This document shows, piece by piece, positions 38,124 to 49,846 of a DNA stretch of 64,000 nucleotides. A model generated the notes under the pieces. That model was given only the letters and a program-made list of their open reading frames with translations, had not been told where the DNA came from and searched no databases. The stretch comes from an uncultured virus (IMG/VR IMGVR_UViG_3300025276_000002) (lineage: Duplodnaviria > Heunggongvirae > Uroviricota > Caudoviricetes): IMG/VR virus record IMGVR_UViG_3300025276_000002, one strand, 5' to 3'. The stretch's first letter is position 1; every line of letters begins with the position of its first letter. Position numbers and translations under genes: made by a program.

Positions 38124-40400
38124 ATGGCAGAGGTACAATATAAGTTTCCAGATAACATCAAAGATATCTTAGTATGTGGTGATATTGAGGCTAATGGTCT
38201 TCTGGAAGATAAGAAAGAGTGGAAAGGCGGTCAACTAATTGTCCATAAGAAAGTGGACAGGGTGTGGATGGCATGTTACAAGATTCCAGAAGCAGGTGGT
38301 GCATGTTATGACTTCATTGATGATGAAATGCTGAAGTTACACAAGAGAGCACTACTACGTCACAATAGACAACACGGACGAAGTGATACTAAGCTTCTCC
38401 CACTAAGTGCTTTACCAAGTTTCTGTGAACATGTTGGAATCCAAGTCATGCACTTTGGTATGAAATATGATTTCCCTCTTATGGAGATGCTTTTAGATTG
38501 TGTAGTTCCAAGAGAGAAAAGATGGGATACATTCGTACAAAGCTCAACACAATTCTGTGATAGAGACTTAGTAGAAGGTTCTAAGTCTGGGGCTCACAGT
38601 TTGGAAAGTTTCGCAATTAGATTAGGAAACGGCTTTAAGGTTGAACATGAAGATTGGTTAAACTTTTCAATTGATATGTATAGACGCTGTTGGCGAGATG
38701 TTGAGATCCAATGTGAGGTATACGATTACCTGCAAGAAGAGAGAGAACGTGATCGATTAGAGTGCAATATCGATTGGACAGGGCCACTTCAAACTGAAAT
38801 GGATGCAGCATACTGGATCTCATGGTCAGAAATCCACGGGTTTCCTATTGATGAGAAGTATGCACGTAGTCTTGTTAAGAAGTGGGATGAACACCTAGCC
38901 GATATTGAAGATAAGCTTTTACCAGATATGCCATTCAGATTATCATTTGATGGATGCGGTTCTCCAATAAACTTTGAAACTTATTGTGAAGGTATGTTGA
39001 AGAATACTAACCTATCCAAGATACCTCTTGGCTGGTGCTGGGAAGAGGGTGCAGCTAATAAACCTACACCTGTTTGGAATCCATTCAAGAAAGATGGTGA
39101 TCCTAGTGAGAATGTTAAGAACTACTGGTTAGGCAAAGATGCCACAGATTATGTTCCAGAAGAGCCTGAGCGCTTCTCTAGCCCTGCTGTATTGGATGAT
39201 AATGGTAAAGTGATACAAAAGGCTGTCCGAGCTAGAAAAGCCCGTCCTGCTAAGGAGGCGAAGCCTAGACGACCTAACTGTTATGAAGATGATGCAGGAT
39301 TAACAGAACCACCTCTAGTCAAGATGGATGAGACTGATGTTGCAGGACCATATACCAGAATACAATGGAACCATTATAACCTTGGATCTAACAATCAGGT
39401 TATCGAATATTTGACTAGATATACGGATTGGACACCTACTGAATATACAGAGAAGGGGAGTCCGAAGCTTACGGAAGATAGTTTTGATTCGATAGGTGGA
39501 GATGGTGTAGGTGCTTTAATCAAAGATTACCTTATAACCAAATCTCGTAGAACTAATGTGGAGAACTTCTCTCGACCAGATAAAGGTTGGTTAAATCATA
39601 TTAGAGATGATGGTCGTGTGACCGCTATTAATAATACAATGGGAACCCCCACTACTCGAAGTAGACACAGTGTGATTGTAAATGTCCCATCTGGATCTGC
39701 TAGGTGGGGAAAAGAGATGAGAAAGTGTTGGGTAGCAGCAGAAGGTTGCAGACAACTAGGTATAGATGCAGCAGCGATCGAAGCAAGAGCTATGGCATTC
39801 GAAATAGATTGTGAAGATACTAGACACGAGATAGTTGATGGAGATTTTCACACTTTAGTCTGGAATCAGATACTAGAGTTCTCATCTAGTCGAGGAAATA
39901 CAAAAGGTATTGAATATGCACTTCTCTATGGAGCTTCAGATGAAAAACTAGGGACACTAATTGATGTTGAAGGTTGTCTTAACAGATTTGCCTCTGAAGA
40001 TAAGTTATTAGAAAGGGGGTGGATAAAAGATGTTCATGGAAAGTGGAGACACAAGCAATGGAATCCTAAAAAAGAATCACTTACTTTAAAACAAGCGCAA
40101 TGCACTGTTTGTGGATCTATTATTCGGATGAGAATAATGAGCGGATTACAACCACTAGGTAAAGCTATTGAGAAGTTTGTTAAACTATCTGAAAAAGGTT
40201 ACTTAAAGGCTCTTGATGGAAGAAAGCTTAATTGCAGATCCTCACACAGTGCATTCAACCTCAGGTTGCAATCAACAGGTAGTATTATCTGCAAAACCGC
40301 AATGATACTTACAATGGAAATGCTTCAAAAAGAGGGATTGGTGGTGGTAGGAAGATGCCACGATCCTAAGAAACATGTAGAGCTTTACACCTTTTACCAT
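38124..40400 (+). CDS. polA: Family A DNA polymerase, exon 1
   Basis: ExoI DIEANGL, TPTTRSRH, motif A DAAAIEAR, GDFH, motif B RGNTKGIEYALLYG and LQSTG; ends FYH. Confidence 0.93.
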
Positions 40401-41215
40401 AAATAATATTGTGGTGCTCAGTGGTGACATTGAGTAGAAAACCCTATTAATTGACTGGGAATCTTAGCTAGGCAAACTTCACATGTCGAGATGATATCAG
40501 GAGAGAGTTAGTAGAAGACAATCAGCAGCTATAGGAGAAATTATAATGAAAGAATATAAAGGTTACAGAGTACTAGAAGATGGTACAGTTTTAAATAGAG
40601 ATGGAAGCATTAAGAGGTGGTCGGAAAATCAAAAAGGTTATCTTATATCTGCAATTTCTGTGGAAGGAAAGAGGATAGCGATATCACATCATAGAATGGT
40701 TGCGGCAGCTTTTTATGGAAAATGTCCAAAGAAGCATGAGGTGAACCATAAGGATAACGATAGGAAAAACAACCACCCTTCTAATTTAGAATATGTAACA
40801 AAATCGAAGAACAATCAGCAATCTTGGGACTCAGGAAATAGATGTGCCACAGGTATAAACAATGCGAATTGTAAAGTATCAGAAAAAGATGTGCATATGG
40901 TTTGTAAACAAATAGAGAATGATTTCAAACTAAACGTTTCAGAGTTATCGAGAAAAACAGGAATATCACGAACCACTATTACTAAGATCAAATTCAAAGA
41001 GCAGTGGTCACATATCTCTAAGCATTATAATTTCTAACTATAGTCCACAGACTATCGAAAGGCAGCAGAATAAGCTGAACTGAGTAGAGTAGATTACAAG
41101 TGTAGTCGAAACATAGGGCATCTCTAAGAGATGGTGATATAGTCGCGTCCCATCAGAAATGGTGGCAGATCTTAAAAGATCGGGCATGGAATAACGAACC
41201 ATGTTGAAGGTAACG
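40401..41215 (+). ncRNA. Group I intron in the DNA polymerase gene (815 nt)
   Basis: P1: UACCAU pairs with GUGGUG (U.G at the splice site). Core elements AAUUGACUGGGAA, AAUCAGCAG, CACAGACUA and GAUAUAGUC. Terminal G at 41215; splicing restores motif C H-DE. Confidence 0.92.
40546..41037 (+). CDS. Intron-encoded HNH homing endonuclease
   Basis: HRMVAAAF...VNHKDNDRKNNHPSNLEYVT..N; bracketed by the stem GCTATAG/CTATAGT. Confidence 0.9.
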   Translation: MKEYKGYRVLEDGTVLNRDGSIKRWSENQKGYLISAISVEGKRIAISHHRMVAAAFYGKCPKKHEVNHKDNDRKNNHPSNLEYVTKSKNNQQSWDSGNRCATGINNANCKVSEKDVHMVCKQIENDFKLNVSELSRKTGISRTTITKIKFKEQWSHISKHYNF

Positions 41216-41557
41216 GATGAGTTGCAAATGGGAGTACCTGAATATCTGTATGATCCTGATAAGGTATTTAATATAGATTTTTCTGAATATGATTTGACAA
41301 CTAAAGAAGGTAAAAAAGCAGCAACAGCGAAAGCTGAAAATATTGTTTCAAGATTCTCTAAGAGAGAGTACAGAACAAAAGGCTATGTATGGTCTCGTCC
41401 TAAAGTAGATTTAGAAAAAGGGACAGCAACCATATCTCATACAGTGGTAGCGGATATCTCAACTCAGGCATTTCTTGAAGCAGGTTTAAAGTATGGATTT
41501 ACAATACCTGTGCTTGCTGAATGGGATTCAGGTCAAAATTGGTATGATTGTCACTAA
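41216..41557 (+). CDS. polA: Family A DNA polymerase, exon 2
   Basis: DELQ...EAG...IPV.AE...GQNWYDCH* is a T7-like PolA C-terminus. Confidence 0.92.
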   Translation, partial: DELQMGVPEYLYDPDKVFNIDFSEYDLTTKEGKKAATAKAENIVSRFSKREYRTKGYVWSRPKVDLEKGTATISHTVVADISTQAFLEAGLKYGFTIPVLAEWDSGQNWYDCH

Positions 41558-41600
41558 GAGCCACCAACATTTTAAACAAAATAGAAGGATAATATAAATT

Positions 41601-41825
41601 ATGTCTAAATCAGATAAAGGATTTTACTACGTAAATGTAAACTCAGAGTTACTATTGGATCTGTGTGAATGCACAGAAGCATTAATATTACTGGTGTCAA
41701 GCTACGTAAGAGAGTTAAATGAAACAGGTACTTATGATGGAATTATGGTGATGCCATCAGATACTGATGAGAATGGTGATCCGCTGATCTCTATTGGCTT
41801 CCAGACTTACGAAAACAAATACTAA
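41601..41825 (+). CDS. Hypothetical protein
   Basis: 74-aa ORF within the operon. Confidence 0.6.
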   Translation: MSKSDKGFYYVNVNSELLLDLCECTEALILLVSSYVRELNETGTYDGIMVMPSDTDENGDPLISIGFQTYENKY

Positions 41826-41867
41826 TCAATCAAACATTTTAAATTAATCAAATAAGGAGAACATTAT

Positions 41868-42845
41868 ATGTCATTCATTTTAAACAACGCTAAAGGCAAT
41901 ACTGAGTACACCCCTGACCCGTTTTTAGATACAGGTGCAGAGTATGAGGCAAAATTAATCGGCATTGTAGAAACAGGCAAGCACCAGCAAGAAGACTTTG
42001 ATGATCCTAGCAAGGTATCAGAAAAGCTAGAGTGTCTTATCACATATGAGCTAGTTGAAGAGGAGACACGAGTGACTCGTGGTGCAGAAGGCTCTGAGTA
42101 TACAGTTCCTCGCCTATTCACTAAGTTCGACAAGTTCTCATCACATGAGCTGTCTTCTCTGTACAAGCAGTGTAAGACCGCTAACCAAGATTGTGTAACA
42201 CAAGATGGCTTAGATATTACAGCAGCTCTGGGTCAGCCTGTGATGCTTGTATTGAAGAATAACAAGAAAGGTGATCGTCAGAACATTGCAGAAGTTAAAG
42301 GTGTTCCAGTTAAGTTCCGCAGCAGCATTGGTGAAGCAGAAGGCAAGCCTTTCCTTTACACTTGTTCTGTAAATGCAGGTGCTCACGTAGGTACTATTGA
42401 AGATGTTCCAGTATGGATGCTTAAACGTGCAGTGGATAAATCTTTATACCCTGAACAGTTCCCTAATCTTGAAGAAATTGAAGACTACATTGAAGCAGGT
42501 GGTAAATCGTCTAAGACTGCTGGTGAAGAATTAGAAGGTGATCGTGCTCCTGCTAAAGAGGAAAAGAAACCTGCTAAGAAAGCTCCAGCTAAGAAAGAGA
42601 AAGCAGAAGAGGTTGTAGAGGAAAAAGCTGAAGAAGCTCCAGCAGAGAAATCTACACGTACTCGTCGTAAGAAAGCTGAGCCAAAAGCAGAAGCTGACCC
42701 ATATGCAGACTTAGATGAAGCAGCCCTTGAAGATTTGCTAATCGAGAAAGGCATCTCCGATGAAGACTTAGATGCAATTAGTGAAGGTGCTGATTCAGAT
42801 GAAGCATACCTATCAGCATTGAAAGCTAAACTTACAAGCCTTTAA
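41868..42845 (+). CDS. Probable ssDNA-binding/annealing protein
   Basis: Beta-rich N-terminal domain, Lys/Ala/Glu linker and acidic tail; between polymerase and exonuclease; strong RBS and terminator. Confidence 0.55.
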   Translation: MSFILNNAKGNTEYTPDPFLDTGAEYEAKLIGIVETGKHQQEDFDDPSKVSEKLECLITYELVEEETRVTRGAEGSEYTVPRLFTKFDKFSSHELSSLYKQCKTANQDCVTQDGLDITAALGQPVMLVLKNNKKGDRQNIAEVKGVPVKFRSSIGEAEGKPFLYTCSVNAGAHVGTIEDVPVWMLKRAVDKSLYPEQFPNLEEIEDYIEAGGKSSKTAGEELEGDRAPAKEEKKPAKKAPAKKEKAEEVVEEKAEEAPAEKSTRTRRKKAEPKAEADPYADLDEAALEDLLIEKGISDEDLDAISEGADSDEAYLSALKAKLTSL

Positions 42846-42856
42846 TCTGTAATGAT

Positions 42857-42894
42857 GTCCGTGGATCACAAGAGAGGTTCACGGACTTACTTTT
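42857..42894 (+). terminator. Intrinsic terminator
   Basis: GTCCGTG...CACGGAC followed by TTACTTTT. Confidence 0.7.
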
Positions 42895-42908
42895 AAAGGA
42901 GGAAAAGA

Positions 42909-44315
42909 ATGGCATTTATATTAAACAATGCACACTTAGATTATGAAGCAAATATTGATAAACGGTTTGACTTTGTAGAAGGTGGTTTACGTCTCTTAGT
43001 AGATGCAGATCCAATTGCATATCTAGCAGCATCAGCCTGTGAATCAGCAACACATCACATCAAGATCAATGATAAATCCACCTATCAGGTGGTAGGTGGA
43101 AAGACTGAATTGTATACAGCCTTAGGCTTCGAGAACAAGGCTCAGTTTGAATCAATGTTAGAAACTAACCCTAGCATTACTTATGAGATTGAAGTCCGTA
43201 CAGACGACCAGAAGAACATGAAGCACACCATTAAGCGTCAAGTTGCTAAACTTGTTAAACGTGTTGGTGCAGGTTCAGTTGAGCTGTATCTGACAGACAG
43301 TAAGAGTAACTTCCGTATTACGGAAGAGATTGCTACAATCTTAAAGTACAAAGGTAATCGTTCTTCAGATAGCAAACCTAAGCTCCTCAGTGAGGCTAGA
43401 AACTACTTACTCGAAGAACTTGATGCAATCATGTGCTATGGTATGGAAGCCGATGACAAGCTTGCTATAGAGCATAGAAAGGCATGGGCTCAAGCCATGA
43501 AAGATGCTGAAGAGTTTTATATAGGTGAAAAGGTTGATACTGAGACTTTAGAGAAGAAAGCTATGGAGTTGACAACAACTGTATTAGCATCTATTGATAA
43601 GGACTTGAAGCAGGTAGCTGGTAAATACATTAATCCAGATGAAGACTTAGGTATTGAAGAAATCTTTCCACTAGGTCACATGTTCTTACAAGAGAAAGGT
43701 AAGTCTAAGAAGTTACGATTCAATGGCCTTAAAGCGTTCTATGCTCAGCTAATCATCGGAGACAACTGCGATAACATTCCAAGTGTATACTTCTGTGGTG
43801 ATACCAAAGCTTATGAAGTTCTGAAAGATTGTAAGAATGAGGAAGAGTTATTCAAAGCTGCATTACGTGAAACATATGAAGGATTCCATCGTGAGATGAT
43901 TAAGTCACTTGATCCTATTATTGATGGCAAAGTTGAGACAGCACTTGAAACAGGCTTGCATGGTAATGACAATAAGAGCAATCGCACTAAACTACGTAAG
44001 AAGTTCAAAGACTATTATATTAGCAATGCTGCATATAAAGATAAGCATTATTACCCTTGGTGGTGCTATGTTGAGAATGAAGATGGTACGGTCTCTAAAG
44101 AACTGAAAGAAGGTATTGACAGTTCAGATATACAAACCATTTCACCTATTGAACACATGATTGAGGTTGCACGATTAGTTTACATGCTTGAAAAAGAGCC
44201 TTGTGAAGATGGTAGTCATTTATGGACACCACCTAATGAGAAGTGGATCAAAGATGTTCAAGATGAGTATATTGAAAAGAATCTTCTTAGAATCGATACA
44301 GAGTGGGTATTATGA
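42909..44315 (+). CDS. 5'-3' exonuclease (T7 gp6-like)
   Basis: VDAD, NFR, YKGNR...KP, EADD, SIDKDL and GDNCDNIP. Confidence 0.9.
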   Translation: MAFILNNAHLDYEANIDKRFDFVEGGLRLLVDADPIAYLAASACESATHHIKINDKSTYQVVGGKTELYTALGFENKAQFESMLETNPSITYEIEVRTDDQKNMKHTIKRQVAKLVKRVGAGSVELYLTDSKSNFRITEEIATILKYKGNRSSDSKPKLLSEARNYLLEELDAIMCYGMEADDKLAIEHRKAWAQAMKDAEEFYIGEKVDTETLEKKAMELTTTVLASIDKDLKQVAGKYINPDEDLGIEEIFPLGHMFLQEKGKSKKLRFNGLKAFYAQLIIGDNCDNIPSVYFCGDTKAYEVLKDCKNEEELFKAALRETYEGFHREMIKSLDPIIDGKVETALETGLHGNDNKSNRTKLRKKFKDYYISNAAYKDKHYYPWWCYVENEDGTVSKELKEGIDSSDIQTISPIEHMIEVARLVYMLEKEPCEDGSHLWTPPNEKWIKDVQDEYIEKNLLRIDTEWVL

Positions 44316-45037
44316 TTGATGCCAGAACAAGACGTAAGTTAAAGCGAGAGCGTGACAATCGTGATGAACATGTTCTGGTAGCTGTTGACCAGAGCTTGGG
44401 CAACTTTGCGGCTGTTAAGTTTGTAAATGGTATCCCTACTGATCGAGTAGTATTTCATTCAGGAGACTCCACAGCTCAAAAGAATAAGCTGAAACAGTAT
44501 GGTGCTTATTTTGAGACACCCACTCTACAGCTTAATTACCTAACTGAGATGTTCTTAGATAAGCTAGAAGATTGGAATCCTAATACAATAGTGTTTGAGG
44601 GGCTCTCATTTGGTTCTACAAGCTCTTCAATCTTCCAACTAGGGGCATTGTACTATGGAATGCAAGTAACCATCCACAGAGAGTTTGGGTTGCCGTATGA
44701 CAGCATATTATCAGTAACTCCTGCACAAGCTAAGAACACAGCAAGGACATTCCTTGTTAACGGTGATCAGTATGAGCGTGAAAAGACAGGTGAAGTTATA
44801 AGGTTGAAATCAGGCAAACCTAAGATGAAAGTGATGACTAAAAAAGATATGAAGGCCGCCCTAGATAATACACCTTATGCTTGGATTACAGACGGGTATA
44901 CACACGATGGACTGGTTGCATCTAGAACAATAGAGAGTGGGATTTTTGACCTACCTGACGGATTTTTCATAGGGATGTACGCTTTGGAGAAGTTCTTCAA
45001 GCACAAGTATGAACGTCCAAAAGATGATGACGAATAA
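44303..45037 (+). CDS. RuvC-like Holliday junction resolvase
   Basis: VAVDQS, VFEGLSFG, VTPAQAK, KKDM and DLPDG. Confidence 0.7.
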   Translation: MGIMIDARTRRKLKRERDNRDEHVLVAVDQSLGNFAAVKFVNGIPTDRVVFHSGDSTAQKNKLKQYGAYFETPTLQLNYLTEMFLDKLEDWNPNTIVFEGLSFGSTSSSIFQLGALYYGMQVTIHREFGLPYDSILSVTPAQAKNTARTFLVNGDQYEREKTGEVIRLKSGKPKMKVMTKKDMKAALDNTPYAWITDGYTHDGLVASRTIESGIFDLPDGFFIGMYALEKFFKHKYERPKDDDE

Positions 45038-45068
45038 TAAATAAAACAATAATAGGAGATAAGTGTGA

Positions 45069-47333
45069 ATGATTAAAGTTACAAAACGTAATGGTGATTT
45101 AGAGGATTGCGATTTAGATAAAGTACATAAAGTACTTGAATGGGCAGCAGAAGGATTAGATGTATCTGTTTCTCAGGTTGAGATGAAATCCCATATCCAG
45201 TTTTATGATGGAATAACTACACAAACCATTCATGATACACTGGTTAAAACGGCAGCGGATTTGATATCAGTTGATGAACCAGATTACCAGTACATGTCTG
45301 CTAGATTACTTATGTTCCAACTCCGTAAAGAGGTATATGGTAGATTCGAGCCTATAAGTCTTTCGCGTCATGTTGAGAATCTGACAAATAAAGGTATGTA
45401 TGATAAACATATCCTAGAAGACTTTAGCAAAAAAGAGCTAGGACAGTTAGATGACTATATTGATCACTCACGAGATCTTAAGTTCTCCTATGCAGGGTTA
45501 AAGCAACTAGAAGGTAAATATCTTGTCCAGAACAGAGCGACAGATGTAGTGTATGAGACACCTCAGATGTTATATATGCTTGTAGCTGCTTGCTTGTTCA
45601 GCAAGTACCCTAAAAGTACGCGTATGAGCTATATTAAAAAGTTCTATGATGCTACATCCTTGTTTAAGATATCACTACCAACACCTATTATGGCTGGTGT
45701 TAGGACACCTACCCGCCAGTTCAGTTCTTGTGTCCTAATCGAGTCAGGAGACAGCCTAGATAGTATAAGTGCTGCATCAGGTGCTATTATCAAATATGTA
45801 TCTCAAAGAGCAGGTATTGGTATCAATGCAGGACGTATTCGTGCAGAGGGAAGCTCTATACGTAATGGAGAAGCTAAACACACAGGCTGTATTCCTTTCT
45901 ACAAACACTTCCAGACAGCAGTGAAGAGTTGCTCACAAGGTGGTGTAAGAGGTGGTGCTGCGACACTGTTCTACCCTCTTTGGCATCTAGAGGTCGAAAA
46001 CCTTTTGGTACTTAAAAATAACCGTGGAGTAGAAGACAATCGAGTACGTCACCTTGATTATGCTGTACAATTCAACAAAGTGATGTATGAGCGGCTTATC
46101 AAGGGTGGAAACATAACATTGTTTAGCCCAAGTGATGTAGAAGGTCTCTATGATTCTTTCTTTGAAGATCAGGATCTATTTGAGAAACTATACACTGAAG
46201 CAGAGAATAACCCAGATATTCGTAAAAAGGTTGTAAAAGCTGTTGACCTATTTTCATCCTTTGCCCAAGAACGTGCAGGTACAGGAAGAATATACTTGCA
46301 AAATGTGGATCACTGTAATACTAATAGTCCTTTTGATAGCAAGAAAGCCCCAATCAGGCAATCCAATCTTTGCGTTGAAGTTAGTCTTCCGACCAAACCT
46401 CTTAAGTACATCCAAGACCCAGATGGAGAGGTGGCATTGTGTACATTGTCTGCATTTAATCTGGGAGAAATAACACTAGACGAGTTACCTATGTTGTCTG
46501 ACTTAATTGTACGTGCATTAGATAGTTTACTCGATTATCAAGACTACCCATTACTTGCGGCAGAGAATTCAAGCATGAACCGTAGGACATTGGGTGTGGG
46601 TTTGATCAATTATGCAAACTACTTAGCTAAGAATGGTGTTAAGTATTCAGATGGTTCAGCTAACAAACTTACTCATCAGTTGATGGAGAAGTTCCAGTAT
46701 AACCTTCTAGTTGCATCTAATAATTTAGCTAAAGAGAAAGGCGCTTGTCCGTTATTCAATGAAACAACTTACTCACAAGGCATTCTACCAATCGACCGTT
46801 ACAAGCCATCTGTAGATAACATTGTAGAGAATGAATTAAAAGAAGACTGGGAGAGTTTACGAAAGTCTATTGTAGAACATGGATTACGCAACTCCACACT
46901 CTCTGCATTGATGCCTTCGGAAACATCAAGCCAAGTTTCTAATGCAACCAACGGTATTGAACCTCCACGAGGTTATATCAGCGTCAAACAAAGCAAGGAA
47001 GGTATCCTCAAACAAGTAGTACCTAATCTTGATATCTTGAAAGACAGCTATGAATTATTGTGGGACATCCCAGACAACAAAGGGTATCTAGAACTCGTTG
47101 CTATCATGCAAAAGTTTGTAGACCAGACTATCTCAGCTAATACAAATTATGATCCTAGTAAGTTTTCAGGTGACAAAGTTCCTATGAAGATTTTATTAAA
47201 GGATATACTCACAGCTTATAAGCTAGGTATTAAAACACTTTATTATCACAATACACGAGATGGTAGCAATGATGCCCAAGTGGACATTCCTGTAGAGGAT
47301 GAGTCTTGTGAAGGAGGAGCATGTAAGATTTGA
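45069..47333 (+). CDS. nrdA: Class Ia ribonucleotide reductase, alpha subunit
   Basis: ATP cone VTKRNG, FSSCVL, SNLCVE, KTLYY and C-terminal CEGGACKI. Confidence 0.97.
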   Translation: MIKVTKRNGDLEDCDLDKVHKVLEWAAEGLDVSVSQVEMKSHIQFYDGITTQTIHDTLVKTAADLISVDEPDYQYMSARLLMFQLRKEVYGRFEPISLSRHVENLTNKGMYDKHILEDFSKKELGQLDDYIDHSRDLKFSYAGLKQLEGKYLVQNRATDVVYETPQMLYMLVAACLFSKYPKSTRMSYIKKFYDATSLFKISLPTPIMAGVRTPTRQFSSCVLIESGDSLDSISAASGAIIKYVSQRAGIGINAGRIRAEGSSIRNGEAKHTGCIPFYKHFQTAVKSCSQGGVRGGAATLFYPLWHLEVENLLVLKNNRGVEDNRVRHLDYAVQFNKVMYERLIKGGNITLFSPSDVEGLYDSFFEDQDLFEKLYTEAENNPDIRKKVVKAVDLFSSFAQERAGTGRIYLQNVDHCNTNSPFDSKKAPIRQSNLCVEVSLPTKPLKYIQDPDGEVALCTLSAFNLGEITLDELPMLSDLIVRALDSLLDYQDYPLLAAENSSMNRRTLGVGLINYANYLAKNGVKYSDGSANKLTHQLMEKFQYNLLVASNNLAKEKGACPLFNETTYSQGILPIDRYKPSVDNIVENELKEDWESLRKSIVEHGLRNSTLSALMPSETSSQVSNATNGIEPPRGYISVKQSKEGILKQVVPNLDILKDSYELLWDIPDNKGYLELVAIMQKFVDQTISANTNYDPSKFSGDKVPMKILLKDILTAYKLGIKTLYYHNTRDGSNDAQVDIPVEDESCEGGACKI

Positions 47334-48430
47334 CATATTCAACATTTAATAAAAAATCCTTCGATGCAACCAAAGAGCCTATGTTCTTTGGTGAAGGTGT
47401 GAACGTATCAAGATACGATCAGCAACGTTATCCTATTTTTGAAAAGCTTATTGAAAAGCAATTGTCTTTCTTCTGGAGACCAGAAGAGATAGATGTTTCT
47501 AAAGACAGGCACGACTTCAACGGATTACCAGAGCATGAAAAACATATTTTCTTGAGTAATCTTAAATATCAGACACTACTGGATAGTATACAAGGAAGAT
47601 CACCTAACGTTGCATTTCTCCCACTGGTTTCAGTCCCAGAGCTGGAGACTTGGATAGAGACTTGGGCGTTTTCGGAAACGGTGCATTCTAGGTCATATAC
47701 ACATATTATCCGTAATATTGTAAAAGATCCTAGCTTAATATTTGATGATATTGTTACTAACTCATTTATTAGTAAACGTGCTGAATCTGTTACAAAGTAC
47801 TATGACGATCTTATAAAATTAGTGAACCAATATAGTTTAGACAAAGGTTCTTTAGATTTGTATGAAATCAAGAAATCATTGTATTTATCTATGATGTCTG
47901 TAAATATCTTAGAGGCTGTTAGGTTCTATGTCAGTTTCGCATGTTCGTTCGCATTTGCAGAGCGTGAACTTATGGAGGGCAATGCGAAGATCATTAAGCT
48001 TATCGCCCGTGATGAAGCTCTTCACCTTTCAGGTACTCAACATATCCTGAGTATCATGCAAAAAGGTATTGATGATCCAGAGATGAGACTTATATCAGAA
48101 GATTGTAAAGAAGAATGTTCTGAAATGTTTATGGAGGCTGCTAATCAAGAAAAAGAATGGGCAGAATACTTGTTCAAAGATGGTTCTATGATTGGACTTA
48201 ACAAACACATTCTCTCTCAGTACGTGGAATATATTACAAATATAAGAATGTCAGCAGTAGGTTTAAAACCTGTTTTTGATACAAAGTCAAACCCAATCCC
48301 TTGGATAAATTCTTGGCTAGTATCTGATAATGTGCAAGTGGCTCCGCAGGAGACGGAAATAAGTTCTTATCTAGTAGGACAAATAGATTCATCAGTTGAT
48401 GATGGTGAGTTTGATGATTTCGATTTATAA
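47330..48430 (+). CDS. nrdB: Class Ia ribonucleotide reductase, beta subunit
   Basis: [30 protein letters not shown] and [11 protein letters not shown]. Confidence 0.97.
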   Translation: MTYSTFNKKSFDATKEPMFFGEGVNVSRYDQQRYPIFEKLIEKQLSFFWRPEEIDVSKDRHDFNGLPEHEKHIFLSNLKYQTLLDSIQGRSPNVAFLPLVSVPELETWIETWAFSETVHSRSYTHIIRNIVKDPSLIFDDIVTNSFISKRAESVTKYYDDLIKLVNQYSLDKGSLDLYEIKKSLYLSMMSVNILEAVRFYVSFACSFAFAERELMEGNAKIIKLIARDEALHLSGTQHILSIMQKGIDDPEMRLISEDCKEECSEMFMEAANQEKEWAEYLFKDGSMIGLNKHILSQYVEYITNIRMSAVGLKPVFDTKSNPIPWINSWLVSDNVQVAPQETEISSYLVGQIDSSVDDGEFDDFDL

Positions 48431-48440
48431 AGGAGTAACA

Positions 48441-48752
48441 ATGGCAGATTTGAATAAACATTTTAATAACTTTACAAGTTGGTCAAATGATCGTAAGATT
48501 ATCCAAAATGGCAACATCTTAGCTCAAGCTTTAAAATTCTTCTCAGAAGCAGGTGAACTGGCAGATAATCTAGCTAAAGGACGTTGTGTAAAGGATGACA
48601 TAGGTGATTGCTTAGTGGTTCTTAATAACTTAGCACACATGTCGGGGTTATCATTAGAAGAGTGCTGTGAGCAAGCTTGGAATGATATTAAAGATCGTAA
48701 AGGCCACATGAATGAACATGGGGTTTTTATTAAAGAATCAGATAAGGAGTAA
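48441..48752 (+). CDS. MazG-like NTP pyrophosphohydrolase
   Basis: KFFSEAGELA...KDDIGD; start MADL follows AAGGAG. Confidence 0.85.
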   Translation: MADLNKHFNNFTSWSNDRKIIQNGNILAQALKFFSEAGELADNLAKGRCVKDDIGDCLVVLNNLAHMSGLSLEECCEQAWNDIKDRKGHMNEHGVFIKESDKE

Positions 48753-48755
48753 TAC

Positions 48756-48980
48756 ATGGAAAATCAGCACAAATTAATTAAAGGCTATCGGAATTTATCA
48801 CAATCAGAGATTGATGCAATGAATACTATTAAAGCTGAAGGTGTTCGACTAGGGTTACTGATTGAGGACTTACGTGATAACGCAGGGCTTGATCAACGAT
48901 GGGTAAGTATTGCGGAGACACATCTACAGCAAGGCATTATGGCTGCTGTGCGTTCTGTGGCTCAGCCTACAACGTTCTAG
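48756..48980 (+). CDS. acb2: Anti-CBASS cyclic-nucleotide sponge, Acb2 family
   Basis: MENQHKLIKGYRNLSQSEIDAMN.IK...RW..IA.T.LQ.G.MA..R..AQP..F matches Acb2 end to end as I recall it; Y11 and K26 are present. Confidence 0.88.
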   Translation: MENQHKLIKGYRNLSQSEIDAMNTIKAEGVRLGLLIEDLRDNAGLDQRWVSIAETHLQQGIMAAVRSVAQPTTF

Positions 48981-48989
48981 ATCATTACT

Positions 48990-49020
48990 AAGGGGGTTTC
49001 CAGCAGAGACCCTCTTGTTA
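48990..49020 (+). terminator. Hairpin terminator after acb2
   Basis: AAGGGGGTTTC/GAGACCCTCTT stem. Confidence 0.55.
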
Positions 49021-49047
49021 AGTGTTTTAATTAGATAGGAGAAACGG

Positions 49048-49836
49048 ATGAAGAAAGAATTTATATTTAATATCAGCAAGAATATGTTCGACGAGATTGA
49101 GTTCACATGTAATGATATTATAGTAGAAGGTGGTGTAACTTGTGACACAGCTCAAGAGTGTTACAATGCAGTATTGATTTATAATAACATCATTGAGTGG
49201 CATATTGATTTAGAAGAAGGACAAGCAAAGCAACGATGTGATGATTATGGTATTCGAGTAATATTTAAAGGAGCAGATTGATGGCTGAAATACTCTCACA
49301 GGTTCTCATCCTTTGTACAGGTGGTGTTGCAGTTTACCTTTCTCAGCAGAATAATGAGAAGCTTAAAAAATTCGCATGTCTATTTGGTGCAATAGGCCAG
49401 CCTTTTTGGTGGTACTCAACACTACAGGCAGAACAGTATGGAATGTTCTTATTAACATTACTATACACATATTCTTGGTGCCTTGGTATTTATAACAATT
49501 GGATAAAGGAGAAGATTAATGGATAATTTTAAAGAATATATAACTGGCAAGATGTTTTACACATATGGAGAGGATACTGAAATCTTCTTTTCCAAAGGAA
49601 GTGAAGAATTATATAACAATTTCTTATCAGAATGTGAGGATATAGAGGACTTCCCAGTAGAAATGGTAGACTATGAGGATTTTATCCACAAAAAGATTGT
49701 ATCTGACGCTAGATACTCTGATGGAGATATTTTGAATGAAGACGGCACATACACAACGACTGTTCTAAAGATCTTGCAAACCGCCTCAAAGAATAGCTGG
49801 GAAACACCTTGGCAATTATCGAGTAGTTATAATTAA
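49048..49836 (+). CDS. Three small ORFs (49048-49281; 49278-49526, a membrane protein weakly PnuC-like; 49519-49836)
   Basis: Coupled ORFs with RBSs; the middle one has about three hydrophobic segments. Confidence 0.6.
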
Positions 49837-49846
49837 AAAAGGAAGA

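Noticed and set aside
41201..41215. ATG start of a separate 118-aa gene
   Set aside because: These bases are the intron's 3' end; the frame is PolA exon 2.
45069..48430. Introns or inteins in nrdA/nrdB
   Set aside because: Both are normal length and uninterrupted.
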